Below, piece after piece: positions 9,319 through 19,255 of a stretch of DNA of 22,295 nucleotides. The notes beneath the pieces were generated by a model, which searched no databases, had not been told where the DNA came from, and worked only from the letters and a program-made list of their open reading frames with translations. The stretch lies in sequence record NZ_LR134444.1. The stretch is one strand, 5' to 3'. How positions within the stretch are numbered: the first letter of the stretch is position 1; every line of letters starts with the position of its first letter. Position numbers and translations under genes: made by a program. This stretch comes from a plasmid.

Positions 9319-9920
9319 CGGAGACGTTCACCGAGCAGGCCCGCCGCGCCCAGATCACGGCGTGCGCCATCGACGCCATCGCGGAGCTCGGCTACGCGCA
9401 GGCCTCCGTCCGGAAGATCGCCGACCGCGCCGGCGTCGCGATGAGCGTGGTGCTCTACCACTTCGGCGACAAGGACAGCCTCATCGTCTCGGTCGTCTCC
9501 GAGTGCTACCGCACCCTGTTCGAGGCCATGGTCCCCGCCGTCGACGCGGCCCCGACGGCCGCCGGCAAGCTCGAGGCCCACATCCGCGCGCACCTCGGCT
9601 ACCTGCGGACCCACCCCGCCCATCAGGTCGCGATCACCGAGATCGGCGACGGCTTCCGCGGCAAGGGCGGCGTGCGATTGTGGGATCTGCCGGTCGACCG
9701 CGAGCACGACGAGGCCCGGACACGCGTCGAGCTCGAGGCGATCCTCCGCGGCGGCGTGGAGAGCGGCGAATTCCGCCCGCTCACCCCCGCGTCGATCGCC
9801 TCCGCCGTCCGGGGCGCGATCGGCACCGCGATGTTCAACCTCCTCGTCGACCCCGCCTTCGACCTGGACGGCTACGCCGACGACCTCGTCGACGCCTTCC
9901 TCCGCGCCTGCGCACCCTGA
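9309..9920 (+). CDS. TetR-family transcriptional regulator
   Basis: N-terminal HTH ITACAIDAIAELGYAQASVRKIADRAGVAMSVVLYHFGDKDSL, followed by an all-helical ligand-binding domain. Stop TGA 9918-9920. The GT gene starts 19 nt later. Confidence 0.85.
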   Translation: MRSTETFTEQARRAQITACAIDAIAELGYAQASVRKIADRAGVAMSVVLYHFGDKDSLIVSVVSECYRTLFEAMVPAVDAAPTAAGKLEAHIRAHLGYLRTHPAHQVAITEIGDGFRGKGGVRLWDLPVDREHDEARTRVELEAILRGGVESGEFRPLTPASIASAVRGAIGTAMFNLLVDPAFDLDGYADDLVDAFLRACAP

Positions 9921-9939
9921 CCCACGAATCGAGGCACCC

Positions 9940-11178
9940 ATGGCCCACGTCCTGATCGCCACCTACGGCTCCCGCGGCGATACCATGCCGCTGGCCGGGC
10001 TCGGCCTGCGCCTGCAGCGCGCCGGCCACGGGGTCACCATCACCACCAACACCGAGCTCGCCGCCGAGACCGCGGCCCTCGGCCTCGACGCGCGCGCCGT
10101 CGACATCGACCTCGGCGAACCGTCCGGGGAGCCCTCCCTCAAGGACGCGATGGCGCTGGTCAAGCCCGCCGGGATCCGGCAGCTGAGCCGCACCCTGCTC
10201 GGCGCCGTCGAGGACGTCCCCGCGGACGTCGTGCTCATGACGCCCTTCGCCGAACCCGCGGGCCAGGCACTCGCCGAGGCCCGTGGGGTCCCGGGGATCC
10301 CGCTGCGCCTGCAGCCGGTCTCCGCCACCCGCGCGTTCCCGCCGAGCCTCCTCGCCGCGCGGTCGGCGGGTGGCGCGCTCAACCTCACGGCGGGCCGGGC
10401 CGCCGAACGCGCCGTCGACACTCTGTACAACGGCGTCGTCGCCGACCTGCGCCGCGACCTCGGGCTCCCGCGACGCTCGGCCCGCCGACTCCGGCGCGAC
10501 CGTGCGGCGGCGCGGCAGCCCGTCCTGGGTGGCTGGTCGCCCGCCGTGCTGCCCCGCCCCGCCGATTGGCGGCCCGGGATCGACGTCACCGGCTACTGGT
10601 GGTCCCCCGAACCGGAGGGCTGGGCACCGCCGGGCGAGCTCGAGTCCTTCCTCGCCGGCGGACCGCCGCCCGTGCTCATCGGCCTCGGATCGCTCATGGT
10701 CCCGGCCGCGGAGCGGGACCGCCTCTCCGCGGTGCTCGACGATGCGCTCCGCCGTGCCGGAGTCCGCGGCATCGTCCAGTCCGGCGGCGCGGGGCTGCGC
10801 GTCCCGGACCGCGCCGACGTCCTGAACATCGGAGCCGTCCCGTACTCGTGGCTGTTCCCGCGCGTCGCCGCCGTCGTGCACTCGTGCGGCGCGGGCACGA
10901 CCGGGTCCGCCCTCCGCGCGGGCGTCCCGACGGTGCCGCTCCCCTCGCCCGGCGCGGACCAGTTCTTCTGGGCGAACCGGATCCACGCGCTGGGCGCGGC
11001 CACCGCCCCGATCCCGCGGACGAAGGTCACGGTTTCCGCCCTCGCCGACGCGATACGTGCCGCCGTGGACGACGCCGGCTACCGCGCCGCCGCCGGGGCC
11101 CTGAGCAGCGCGATCACCGCCGAGGACGGCGCATCGGCCGTGCTCGAGGCGGTGGAGCGGGCCATAACGATCTCGTAA
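9940..11178 (+). CDS. GT1-family UDP-glycosyltransferase (MGT / GT28-N-terminal-domain type, sterol or macrolide glycosyltransferase-like)
   Basis: N-terminal MAHVLIATYGSRGDTMPLAGLGLRL (GT-B fold N-domain). C-domain nucleotide-sugar motif AVVHSCGAGTTGSALRAGVPTVPLP. 412 aa. GAGG 5 nt upstream of ATG 9940. Confidence 0.85.
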   Translation: MAHVLIATYGSRGDTMPLAGLGLRLQRAGHGVTITTNTELAAETAALGLDARAVDIDLGEPSGEPSLKDAMALVKPAGIRQLSRTLLGAVEDVPADVVLMTPFAEPAGQALAEARGVPGIPLRLQPVSATRAFPPSLLAARSAGGALNLTAGRAAERAVDTLYNGVVADLRRDLGLPRRSARRLRRDRAAARQPVLGGWSPAVLPRPADWRPGIDVTGYWWSPEPEGWAPPGELESFLAGGPPPVLIGLGSLMVPAAERDRLSAVLDDALRRAGVRGIVQSGGAGLRVPDRADVLNIGAVPYSWLFPRVAAVVHSCGAGTTGSALRAGVPTVPLPSPGADQFFWANRIHALGAATAPIPRTKVTVSALADAIRAAVDDAGYRAAAGALSSAITAEDGASAVLEAVERAITIS

Positions 11179-11188
11179 CACGGCTAAC

Positions 11189-11213
11189 GGAATCCGCGTC
11201 GCGTCGCGATTCC
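11189..11213 (+). terminator. Weak hairpin (GGAATC ... GATTCC with a CGCG-rich interior) 11 nt after the GT stop
   Basis: Imperfect inverted repeat read from the sequence. Low confidence. Confidence 0.2.
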
Positions 11214-11262
11214 CTCATGTCGGCGGACATCGCCGCAGGGGAATCACAACGAGGAGGACGCG

Positions 11263-12510
11263 ATGCGGAACCCGAACCGGAGGAACCGGATCCGAAGCGC
11301 GCTGGTGCTGCCGGCGGCGCTCATCCCGATGCTGGGCCTGGTGCCCGCGGTCGCGGGGGCCGAGCCGACCACACCGGCCCCGGCACCGGTCACGACGCAG
11401 GCTCCGGCCACTACGACGACCACGCCACCGGCGCCCACGCCGACGCAGAAGCCGACGACCACCACCCCGGCCCCCACGCCGAGCACCCCGGCGACCGTCA
11501 CCCCGTCGCCGACGATCACGCTCCCGACCACGCCGCTGCCGACCACCACGACGCCGCCGCAGGGCCCGCCCGGCCGGCTCACCGTCGCCGCGGTGCAGAT
11601 CATCGACGCGAAGACGCAGGGCGTCGGCGTGCCCGGCGCGACCGTCCGGGTCCAGGGCTGCTCCGGCGGCCCGGCGGCGACGCTCTCGCACGGCGGCGCC
11701 ACGACGGTGACCGGCCCGTGCGTCCGCGCCACCGTGGTGAACGTGCCGACCAACTGGCACCTCGCCTCTCCGTCGGTGCAGACGAGGACGTCGACCTCGG
11801 GGCGTGTCGACTTCCTCTTCAGCCTGGAGCGCGGCGGGATCGTCCCGCCGACGTCGACGACGACGCCGCCGAACCGGCACGTCCGCTTCACCCTCGCCGC
11901 GCGCGATCAGGACGGCCGGGGCGTCGCCTCGGAGTACGCGGTCGCGGAGTGCGACACCTGGCGGCCGCTGGGCGGGGCGCGCACCGACAGCGCGGGCGAC
12001 GGCGGGGGCGCCTTCCCCCGCGACTGCGTCAGCGTGGTGCCCACCGCGTGGCCGTCCTCGTGCGTGCTGCTGGGCCCGAACGCCTACTCCCGCGTCGAGG
12101 GCAACGGCGTGAACCGGCTCGCCTTCCGCTTCCGCTGCGGCGTCACGATCCCACCCGGCGAGGTCGAGACCAACGGCACGCTGGTCAAGACCGACCGCGT
12201 CACCGGGGCCCCGCTCGCGGGCGCGTCCTTCGTGATCGCGCGCTGCGGCTCCGACGAGGCCGTCCGCGCCGTGACCACCGGCGAGAACGGCGTCGCCGCC
12301 TTCTCGCTGCCGTCGGGCTGCTACCGGGCCATCGAGACGGCCGCCCCGGCGGGTTACGTCCGCGACGCCGCGGCCGTCGCCTTCGAGGTACGCCTGACAC
12401 CACAGTTCCAGGTCCGGGTGACCAACTCGAAGATCGGCGCCGGCCCGGTGGTCCGCAACCCCGGAGTCCGCGTGCCGATCGCGTCCATCCCGTCCGGACG
12501 GACCGTCTGA
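11263..12510 (+). CDS. Secreted surface protein: signal peptide, Pro/Thr-rich linker, C-terminal prealbumin-like (SpaA/Cna-B-type) fold domain; no LPXTG sorting signal
   Basis: GAGGAGGA precedes ATG 11263. N-terminus MRNPNRRNRIRSALVLPAALIPMLGLVPAVAGA|EP (Sec signal). The C-terminal block TDRVTGAPLAGASFVIARCGSDE...GENGVAAFSLPSGCYRAIETAAPAGYV resembles the prealbumin-fold domains of pilins and adhesins. The protein ends ...IASIPSGRTV with no LPXTG, hydrophobic stretch or positively charged tail. Confidence 0.65.
   Translation: MRNPNRRNRIRSALVLPAALIPMLGLVPAVAGAEPTTPAPAPVTTQAPATTTTTPPAPTPTQKPTTTTPAPTPSTPATVTPSPTITLPTTPLPTTTTPPQGPPGRLTVAAVQIIDAKTQGVGVPGATVRVQGCSGGPAATLSHGGATTVTGPCVRATVVNVPTNWHLASPSVQTRTSTSGRVDFLFSLERGGIVPPTSTTTPPNRHVRFTLAARDQDGRGVASEYAVAECDTWRPLGGARTDSAGDGGGAFPRDCVSVVPTAWPSSCVLLGPNAYSRVEGNGVNRLAFRFRCGVTIPPGEVETNGTLVKTDRVTGAPLAGASFVIARCGSDEAVRAVTTGENGVAAFSLPSGCYRAIETAAPAGYVRDAAAVAFEVRLTPQFQVRVTNSKIGAGPVVRNPGVRVPIASIPSGRTV
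11368..11575 (+). repeat. Low-complexity Pro/Thr-rich coding repeat (PT linker) within the secreted-protein gene
   Basis: About 70 residues of TTPAPAPVTTQAPATTTTTPPAPTPTQKPTTTTPAPTPSTP..., encoded by reiterated ACC/CCG/ACG codons. Confidence 0.6.
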
Positions 12511-13106
12511 TGCTGCGCGGCGCACGGTCCCTCGTCGTCGCGGCCGCGGCGGTGCTCGCCCTCGCGGGGTGCGGGAGCACCGTCGAGGGGACGGCGGCGG
12601 CACCGTCGTCCAACCCGAGCGCGCAGAGCGATCTGCGGCCCCCGGTGAGCGCGACCGCGACGGAGCCGACGACGCCGGTCGCGGTCACCGTCGACGGGGC
12701 GCAGGCCCCGATCGACGCCGTCGCCACCGACTCCCAGGGCGCCCTGTACCCGCCCACCGACGTGAACCGGCTCGGCTGGTGGGTCGACTCCGCGCTCCCG
12801 GGGTCCGGCGCCGGGTCGGTCGTCGTCACCGGGCACGTGGACGACGCCCGGCAGGGCGCCGGCTACGCGAAGCGCTTCGCCGGCCTCGCCCGCGGCGACG
12901 AGGTCACCCTCACCGGCAAGGACGGGGCGGCGGTCCGGTACCGCGTCACACGCACCGCGTCCGTCGGCAAGGGCGTGCTGCCGACCGACGACCTGAACCG
13001 GCTCGACGGCCCGGAGACCCTGATCCTGGTCACCTGCGGCGGGAAGTTCATCGGCCCGCCGATGGGGTACGAGAACAACGATCTCGTCTACGCGGAGCGC
13101 GCCTGA
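12510..13106 (+). CDS. Sortase-family transpeptidase (class F-like) with lipoprotein-type signal (LALAGC)
   Basis: ATG 12510 overlaps the stop of the surface-protein gene (ATGA). Lipobox LAGCGS. Candidate catalytic His in VVVTGHVDD, Cys in TLILVTCGG (TLxTC-like) and a downstream Arg (YAERA). Confidence 0.55.
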   Translation: MLRGARSLVVAAAAVLALAGCGSTVEGTAAAPSSNPSAQSDLRPPVSATATEPTTPVAVTVDGAQAPIDAVATDSQGALYPPTDVNRLGWWVDSALPGSGAGSVVVTGHVDDARQGAGYAKRFAGLARGDEVTLTGKDGAAVRYRVTRTASVGKGVLPTDDLNRLDGPETLILVTCGGKFIGPPMGYENNDLVYAERA

Positions 13107-13131
13107 CCCGTTCGTCGCTAGGGTCGAAAGC

Positions 13132-13926
13132 ATGCGCATCGACCTGAGCGGGCGGACCGCCCTCGTGACCGGATCCACCCAGGGCATCGGCCTGGCCATC
13201 GCCGTCGGCCTCGCGCGGGCGGGAGCGCGCGTCGGCATCAACGGGCGCTCGGAGGGCCGGGTCGACGGTGCCATCGCCGCGATCCGCGAGCAGGTCCCGG
13301 GCGCCGAGCTCGTGCCCGTGGTCGCCGATGTCACCGTCGAGATCGAGGCGGAGCACGCTGTCTCCGAGCTCGGCGGGGTCGACGTCCTGGTCAACAACCT
13401 GGGTGTCTTCGGCGCCGAGGACCCGCTGGAGGTCTCCGACGACGAGTGGCGGCGCTACTTCGACGTCAACGTGCTCGCCGCGGTGCGCCTGACCCGGCTC
13501 CTACTGCCCGGGATGATGGACCGCGGCTGGGGCCGCGTGCTCAACATCGCCAGCGACTCCGCGATCGTCATCCCCGCCGAGATGATCCATTACGGGGTCT
13601 CCAAGACCGCGTTGCTCGGCGCGTCCCGCGGCTTCGCGAAGGCGGCCGCGGGCACCGGAGTCACCGTGAATTCGGTGATCGCCGGCCCGACGCACACCGG
13701 CGGCGTGGAGGACTTCGTCTACCAGCTGGTGAGCCGCGACCTACCGTGGGACGAGGCGCAGCGCGAGTTCATGCGCCTGCATCGGCCGCAGTCCCTGATC
13801 CAGCGGCTCATCGAGCCGGAGGAGATCGCCAACATGGTGGTCTACCTCAGCTCGCCGCTCGCCTCCGCCACCACCGGCGGCGCCGTGCGCGTCGACGGCG
13901 GCTACGTGGACTCGATCCTGCCCTGA
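13132..13926 (+). CDS. SDR-family NAD(P)-dependent oxidoreductase
   Basis: Rossmann motif TALVTGSTQGIGLAIA, catalytic YGVSK, and NNLG. 264 aa. Confidence 0.85.
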   Translation: MRIDLSGRTALVTGSTQGIGLAIAVGLARAGARVGINGRSEGRVDGAIAAIREQVPGAELVPVVADVTVEIEAEHAVSELGGVDVLVNNLGVFGAEDPLEVSDDEWRRYFDVNVLAAVRLTRLLLPGMMDRGWGRVLNIASDSAIVIPAEMIHYGVSKTALLGASRGFAKAAAGTGVTVNSVIAGPTHTGGVEDFVYQLVSRDLPWDEAQREFMRLHRPQSLIQRLIEPEEIANMVVYLSSPLASATTGGAVRVDGGYVDSILP

Positions 13927-13938
13927 CCGGCGGACGGC

Positions 13939-15567
<1,629 letters not shown>

Positions 15568-15669
15568 AACGGTCCAGCCTACCGTTTCCGGGGTCCGATC
15601 CTCACTTCCCTTTCCCGCGCCGTGACGCTGCTCACCCGCTGCGCCAGGGCCGGGGGCAGCGGACGGCAC

Positions 15670-16812
15670 TCAGGCCACGACCCCGCTCGGGTCGCGCACG
15701 ACGATCCGCAACGAGCGGTCGGCCTTCGCCTCGTACAGCGCGGCGTCCGCGAGCGCGACCGCCTCCGGCAGCAGGCGCGGGTCGAGCCGGGGCACCAGGA
15801 CCACTCCCACGCTCCCCGCGATGAGCGGCGCACCGTCGGACGGGGCGACCAAGCCCCGGAGATCGCCGACGATCGCGTCGACCTCGGCCCGGCTGGTGCC
15901 GGTGCCGATCACGAGGAACTCGTCGCCGCCCATCCGCGCGAGCACGGCGCTCCGCACCCCCGTGCGCAGCAGCTGCGCCGTCTGCACGAGCCGCCGGTCG
16001 CCGGCCTGGTGGCCGTGGGCGTCGTTGAACGCCTTGAAGCCGTCGAGGTCGAGCACGGCGACGGCGGACACCCGGTAGTCGTCTCCCCGGAGGCGGCGTC
16101 GCAGCTCGGTGTCCAGGCCGCGCCGGCCGTACAGCCCGGTGAGGGTGTCGTGATCGCGCTCGACGGTGACCTGGCCGAGCCCGCGGCGCCCCGCCTCGAC
16201 CACGAACTGCACCACCATCGGCAGCGCGATCGCGATGGTCGCCGCGGGCGCGACGACCGGGTACAACTCGCTGAACCCGATCCCGTCGATGCGCATGGTC
16301 ATGACGGTCGCCGCCACGATCACCGCCGCACTGAACAAGCAGTGCAGCAACAGGATCCGCCACCCCAGGAGAAAGGCGACGAGCATCGCCAGCATCCCGA
16401 AGAACATCGTCGCACCGATGCGACCGTAGCCGGACTGCGTGAGACCGCCGACCAGCAGAACGAGGTCCGCGCAGATCACGAAGACGATCGCGTCCCGCCA
16501 CGACGGTCGGCGCCGGAACAACCACCACAGACCGAGCGTCGTACCGGCTGCAGCCGCGGCGAGGTACCCCGCGGTCGCCAGGGGCGTCGCCGGACGGATC
16601 GGCAGGAACAGGGTGACCGCGGCGAGCGGCAGGATCATGAGTGCCAGGCCCGAGACCACGAGGCGCAGGGCGAGGCCACCGCCCTGGCCGATGATGCCCG
16701 ACGTGGCGAAGGCGTACTCCGCCCGGCCCGCCTCTCGCCATCCGACCCGGTCGGTGAGGGCGCGGACGATCCGACGAAGGCTGGCACCGAGCGATCGCTG
16801 GCGAGGGGTCAC
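15670..16812 (-). CDS. Membrane-bound diguanylate cyclase: 6-TM N-terminal domain plus GGDEF domain (paralog 3 of 3)
   Basis: GGDEF hallmarks RDHDTLTGLYGRRG, LDLDGFKAFNDAHGHQAGD and RMGGDEFLV. N-terminal motif GWREAGRAEYAFATS followed by about 6 hydrophobic helices. GTG start (complement of 16810-16812) lies 11 nt after the previous gene's stop. Confidence 0.8.
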   Translation of the reverse strand: MTPRQRSLGASLRRIVRALTDRVGWREAGRAEYAFATSGIIGQGGGLALRLVVSGLALMILPLAAVTLFLPIRPATPLATAGYLAAAAAGTTLGLWWLFRRRPSWRDAIVFVICADLVLLVGGLTQSGYGRIGATMFFGMLAMLVAFLLGWRILLLHCLFSAAVIVAATVMTMRIDGIGFSELYPVVAPAATIAIALPMVVQFVVEAGRRGLGQVTVERDHDTLTGLYGRRGLDTELRRRLRGDDYRVSAVAVLDLDGFKAFNDAHGHQAGDRRLVQTAQLLRTGVRSAVLARMGGDEFLVIGTGTSRAEVDAIVGDLRGLVAPSDGAPLIAGSVGVVLVPRLDPRLLPEAVALADAALYEAKADRSLRIVVRDPSGVVA

Positions 16813-16823
16813 GATCGCAAAGC

Positions 16824-17999
16824 CTAGTCGGGGCCGACGACGTCCGGCACGGTGAGATCACGAACGACGATGCGGAGCGAGCGGTCGGCCTTGGCCATGT
16901 AGAGCGCCCGATCGGCCTCGCCGATCGCGGCGGGGAGATCGGACGTCTGGATCCGCGGGCGCACGACGAGGCCGACGCTGCCGGCGATCGGGCCGCCCTC
17001 GCCCACGAGGCGACGGAGGTCTCCGATCACGACGTCGGCCTCCGTGCGGCCGAGTCGCAGCGCGACGATCACGAACTCGTCGCCGCCCATCCGGCCGATC
17101 AGGGCGCTCGACAGGCCGCTCCGGAGCAGGCTCGCGGTGTCCGCGAGGTACTGGTCACCCGCGAGATGCCCGTAGGTGTCGTTGTAGCTCTTGAAGCTGT
17201 CGAGGTCGAGGACGGCCACGACCGCGGTGTCGTGCTCACGCCGGTGGACCAGGCCCCGCAGGGTCGCCTGCAGGCCGGCGCGGCTGAACAGCCCGGTGAG
17301 GGTGTCGCGGTTGCGCTCGACGGTCACCACGCCGATCCCGCGCCGCCCGAACTCGACGATGAACTGGACGAGCATCGGCAGTGCGAAGTCGATCGTCGCG
17401 GCCGGCGCGAGGATCGCGTACAACTCCCCCATCGGGACCCCGTCGACGTGCACCGCCGCAGCGGAGCACGCGGCGATGGCGGCGAGGGAGAAGACGCAGT
17501 GCACGACCAGGACTCGCCACCCGAGCAGGAACGCGGTGAGCATCGCCAGCATGCCGAGGTAGGTGGTGCCGGCGACCTTGGCGATCCCGAACTGCGCGAG
17601 ACATCCGGTGAGCAGGCAGAGGTCGGCGAGCGCGACGAACGCCATCGCGTGCACGGCCCGGGGGTGACGCAGGCGGAGCCACCACACGCCCAGGACCGCA
17701 CTGCCGCTCGCGGAGAGAGCGAACACGATCATCGCGCCGGTGGTCTGCGGGCGAGCGGCGGAGAACAGGACCCCGATGCACAGCGGCACCATCAGTAGTG
17801 CGAGGGATCCGACCACGAACCGCAGCGCGATACCGCCGCCCTGTCCCTTGATCCAGGACGTCGCCTGCTCGTACTCCGCGCGCCCCGCGTAACGCCAGCC
17901 GGAACGGCGGGTCAGGGCCCGGTATCCGGCGCGCAGCAGCAGCGGCAGATCGACCGGTCCCCACAGCTCGCCGGACGGTCGCCGCGCGTCAGCGGCCAA
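16824..17999 (-). CDS. Membrane-bound diguanylate cyclase: 6-TM plus GGDEF (paralog 2 of 3)
   Basis: RNRDTLTGLFSRAG, LDLDSFKSYNDTYGHLAGD and RMGGDEFVIV. N-terminal GWRYAGRAEYEQATS motif. TTG start (complement of 17997-17999). Stop is TAG (complement of 16824-16826). Confidence 0.8.
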   Translation of the reverse strand: MAADARRPSGELWGPVDLPLLLRAGYRALTRRSGWRYAGRAEYEQATSWIKGQGGGIALRFVVGSLALLMVPLCIGVLFSAARPQTTGAMIVFALSASGSAVLGVWWLRLRHPRAVHAMAFVALADLCLLTGCLAQFGIAKVAGTTYLGMLAMLTAFLLGWRVLVVHCVFSLAAIAACSAAAVHVDGVPMGELYAILAPAATIDFALPMLVQFIVEFGRRGIGVVTVERNRDTLTGLFSRAGLQATLRGLVHRREHDTAVVAVLDLDSFKSYNDTYGHLAGDQYLADTASLLRSGLSSALIGRMGGDEFVIVALRLGRTEADVVIGDLRRLVGEGGPIAGSVGLVVRPRIQTSDLPAAIGEADRALYMAKADRSLRIVVRDLTVPDVVGPD

Positions 18000-18037
18000 C
18001 GCTGTTCCCGGTCGTCACGGGGGATGAGTCTACCGCG

Positions 18038-19255
18038 TCAGAACGTCCCCGGTGCCGGTGCCCGCGCGCCGTCGTGCGGCCGAGCCAGGTCCCGCACGAC
18101 GACCGCCGATGTCGCCGACCGCTTGGCCTCGTAGAGGGCTTTGTCCGCCTCCAGGGCGAGCTCCGCGAGTCGGTCCGCGTCGCGGCCGGGGGCGAGCACG
18201 ACGCCGAGGCTCGCCGCGATGCCCGCGTCCACCGGATCACCGCGTCCGTGCAGGAGCGCGCGCAGCTCGTCGACGGTCCGAGTCGCGTCGTCCGTGCCCA
18301 CGCGCACCGCGAAGACGACGAACTCGTCGCCGCCGTTCCGGCCGACGAGAAGTCGCGGGACCGCGTGTAGCCGGGCGGCCACGTCCACGAGCATCTGATC
18401 TCCCGCCGCGTGCCCGTGGCCGTCGTTGTACCGCTTGAAGCCGTCGAGGTCGAGCACACCGGCGACCAGCACGTCATCACCCGACGTGCGGTGCACGGCA
18501 CGCCGCATCGCGAGATCCATTCCGCGGCGGTTGTACACGCCGGTCAGGCTGTCGATGTACCACTCGCGGGAGACCCGGGTCAGTCCGAACCTTCCCGCCT
18601 CGACGACCACCTGGATGATCACCGGCAGGCCGACCACGGTGGTGATCGCGGGAGTCGTGTAGACGTACAGATCCATCGGCGTCCGCGCCTCCGCCAGGAT
18701 CGCGTACCCGGTGAGCCCGCCGATGAGGACGAGCGAGTACACGCAGTGAACCAGCAGGATGCGCCACCCCAGGAAGAAGGCGGCGAACATCCCCAGCATG
18801 GCGAGGTGGATGGTCCCGCAGATCCGGGCCGTGGGATCGGACAGGATCGAGACGCCGACGCCGATCAGCACATCGGCCGCGAACAGGAACCGGGTCGCTT
18901 CACGTGCCCTGGGCCACGGGCCCATGAGCCAGCGGACGCCGAGAAGGAATCCGGCGACCGCGACGGTGAGGTGGATCGACCGGGCCGGAAGGCCGTGCGG
19001 CCCCATCGGGTTGAACTGCATCACGACCGCCAGCGGCAGCATCATCATCGCCAGCGTCGCGACGGTGATCCGCAGCGCGCGCTGACCGCGGATGAAGCGG
19101 AGCGATTCGGTGGTGAACGCGTACTCCTCCGCGCCGGCCGATCGCCAGCCCTGCGGATCGAGAAGCTCCCGCCGGGCGCGCCCGATCAGCCGACGCCACG
19201 ACGTTCGGCGCCGCCCGCGCCCCGGCGGGGTCGACGGGTCAGGCTTCGCGGACAC
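18038..19255 (-). CDS. Membrane-bound diguanylate cyclase: 6-TM plus GGDEF (paralog 1 of 3)
   Basis: YIDSLTGVYNRRG, LDLDGFKRYNDGHGHAAGD and RNGGDEFVVF. N-terminal GWRSAGAEEYAFTTES motif. GTG start (complement of 19253-19255) lies 17 nt inside the 3' end of trpA. No alternative in-frame start exists before the conserved N-terminal motif. Confidence 0.75.
   Translation of the reverse strand: MSAKPDPSTPPGRGRRRTSWRRLIGRARRELLDPQGWRSAGAEEYAFTTESLRFIRGQRALRITVATLAMMMLPLAVVMQFNPMGPHGLPARSIHLTVAVAGFLLGVRWLMGPWPRAREATRFLFAADVLIGVGVSILSDPTARICGTIHLAMLGMFAAFFLGWRILLVHCVYSLVLIGGLTGYAILAEARTPMDLYVYTTPAITTVVGLPVIIQVVVEAGRFGLTRVSREWYIDSLTGVYNRRGMDLAMRRAVHRTSGDDVLVAGVLDLDGFKRYNDGHGHAAGDQMLVDVAARLHAVPRLLVGRNGGDEFVVFAVRVGTDDATRTVDELRALLHGRGDPVDAGIAASLGVVLAPGRDADRLAELALEADKALYEAKRSATSAVVVRDLARPHDGARAPAPGTF

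Noticed and set aside
10566-13106. 846-aa frame-3 ORF
   Set aside because: Only the last 198 codons (the sortase, from ATG 12510) are protein-like. Upstream it overlaps the GT and surface-protein genes out of frame.
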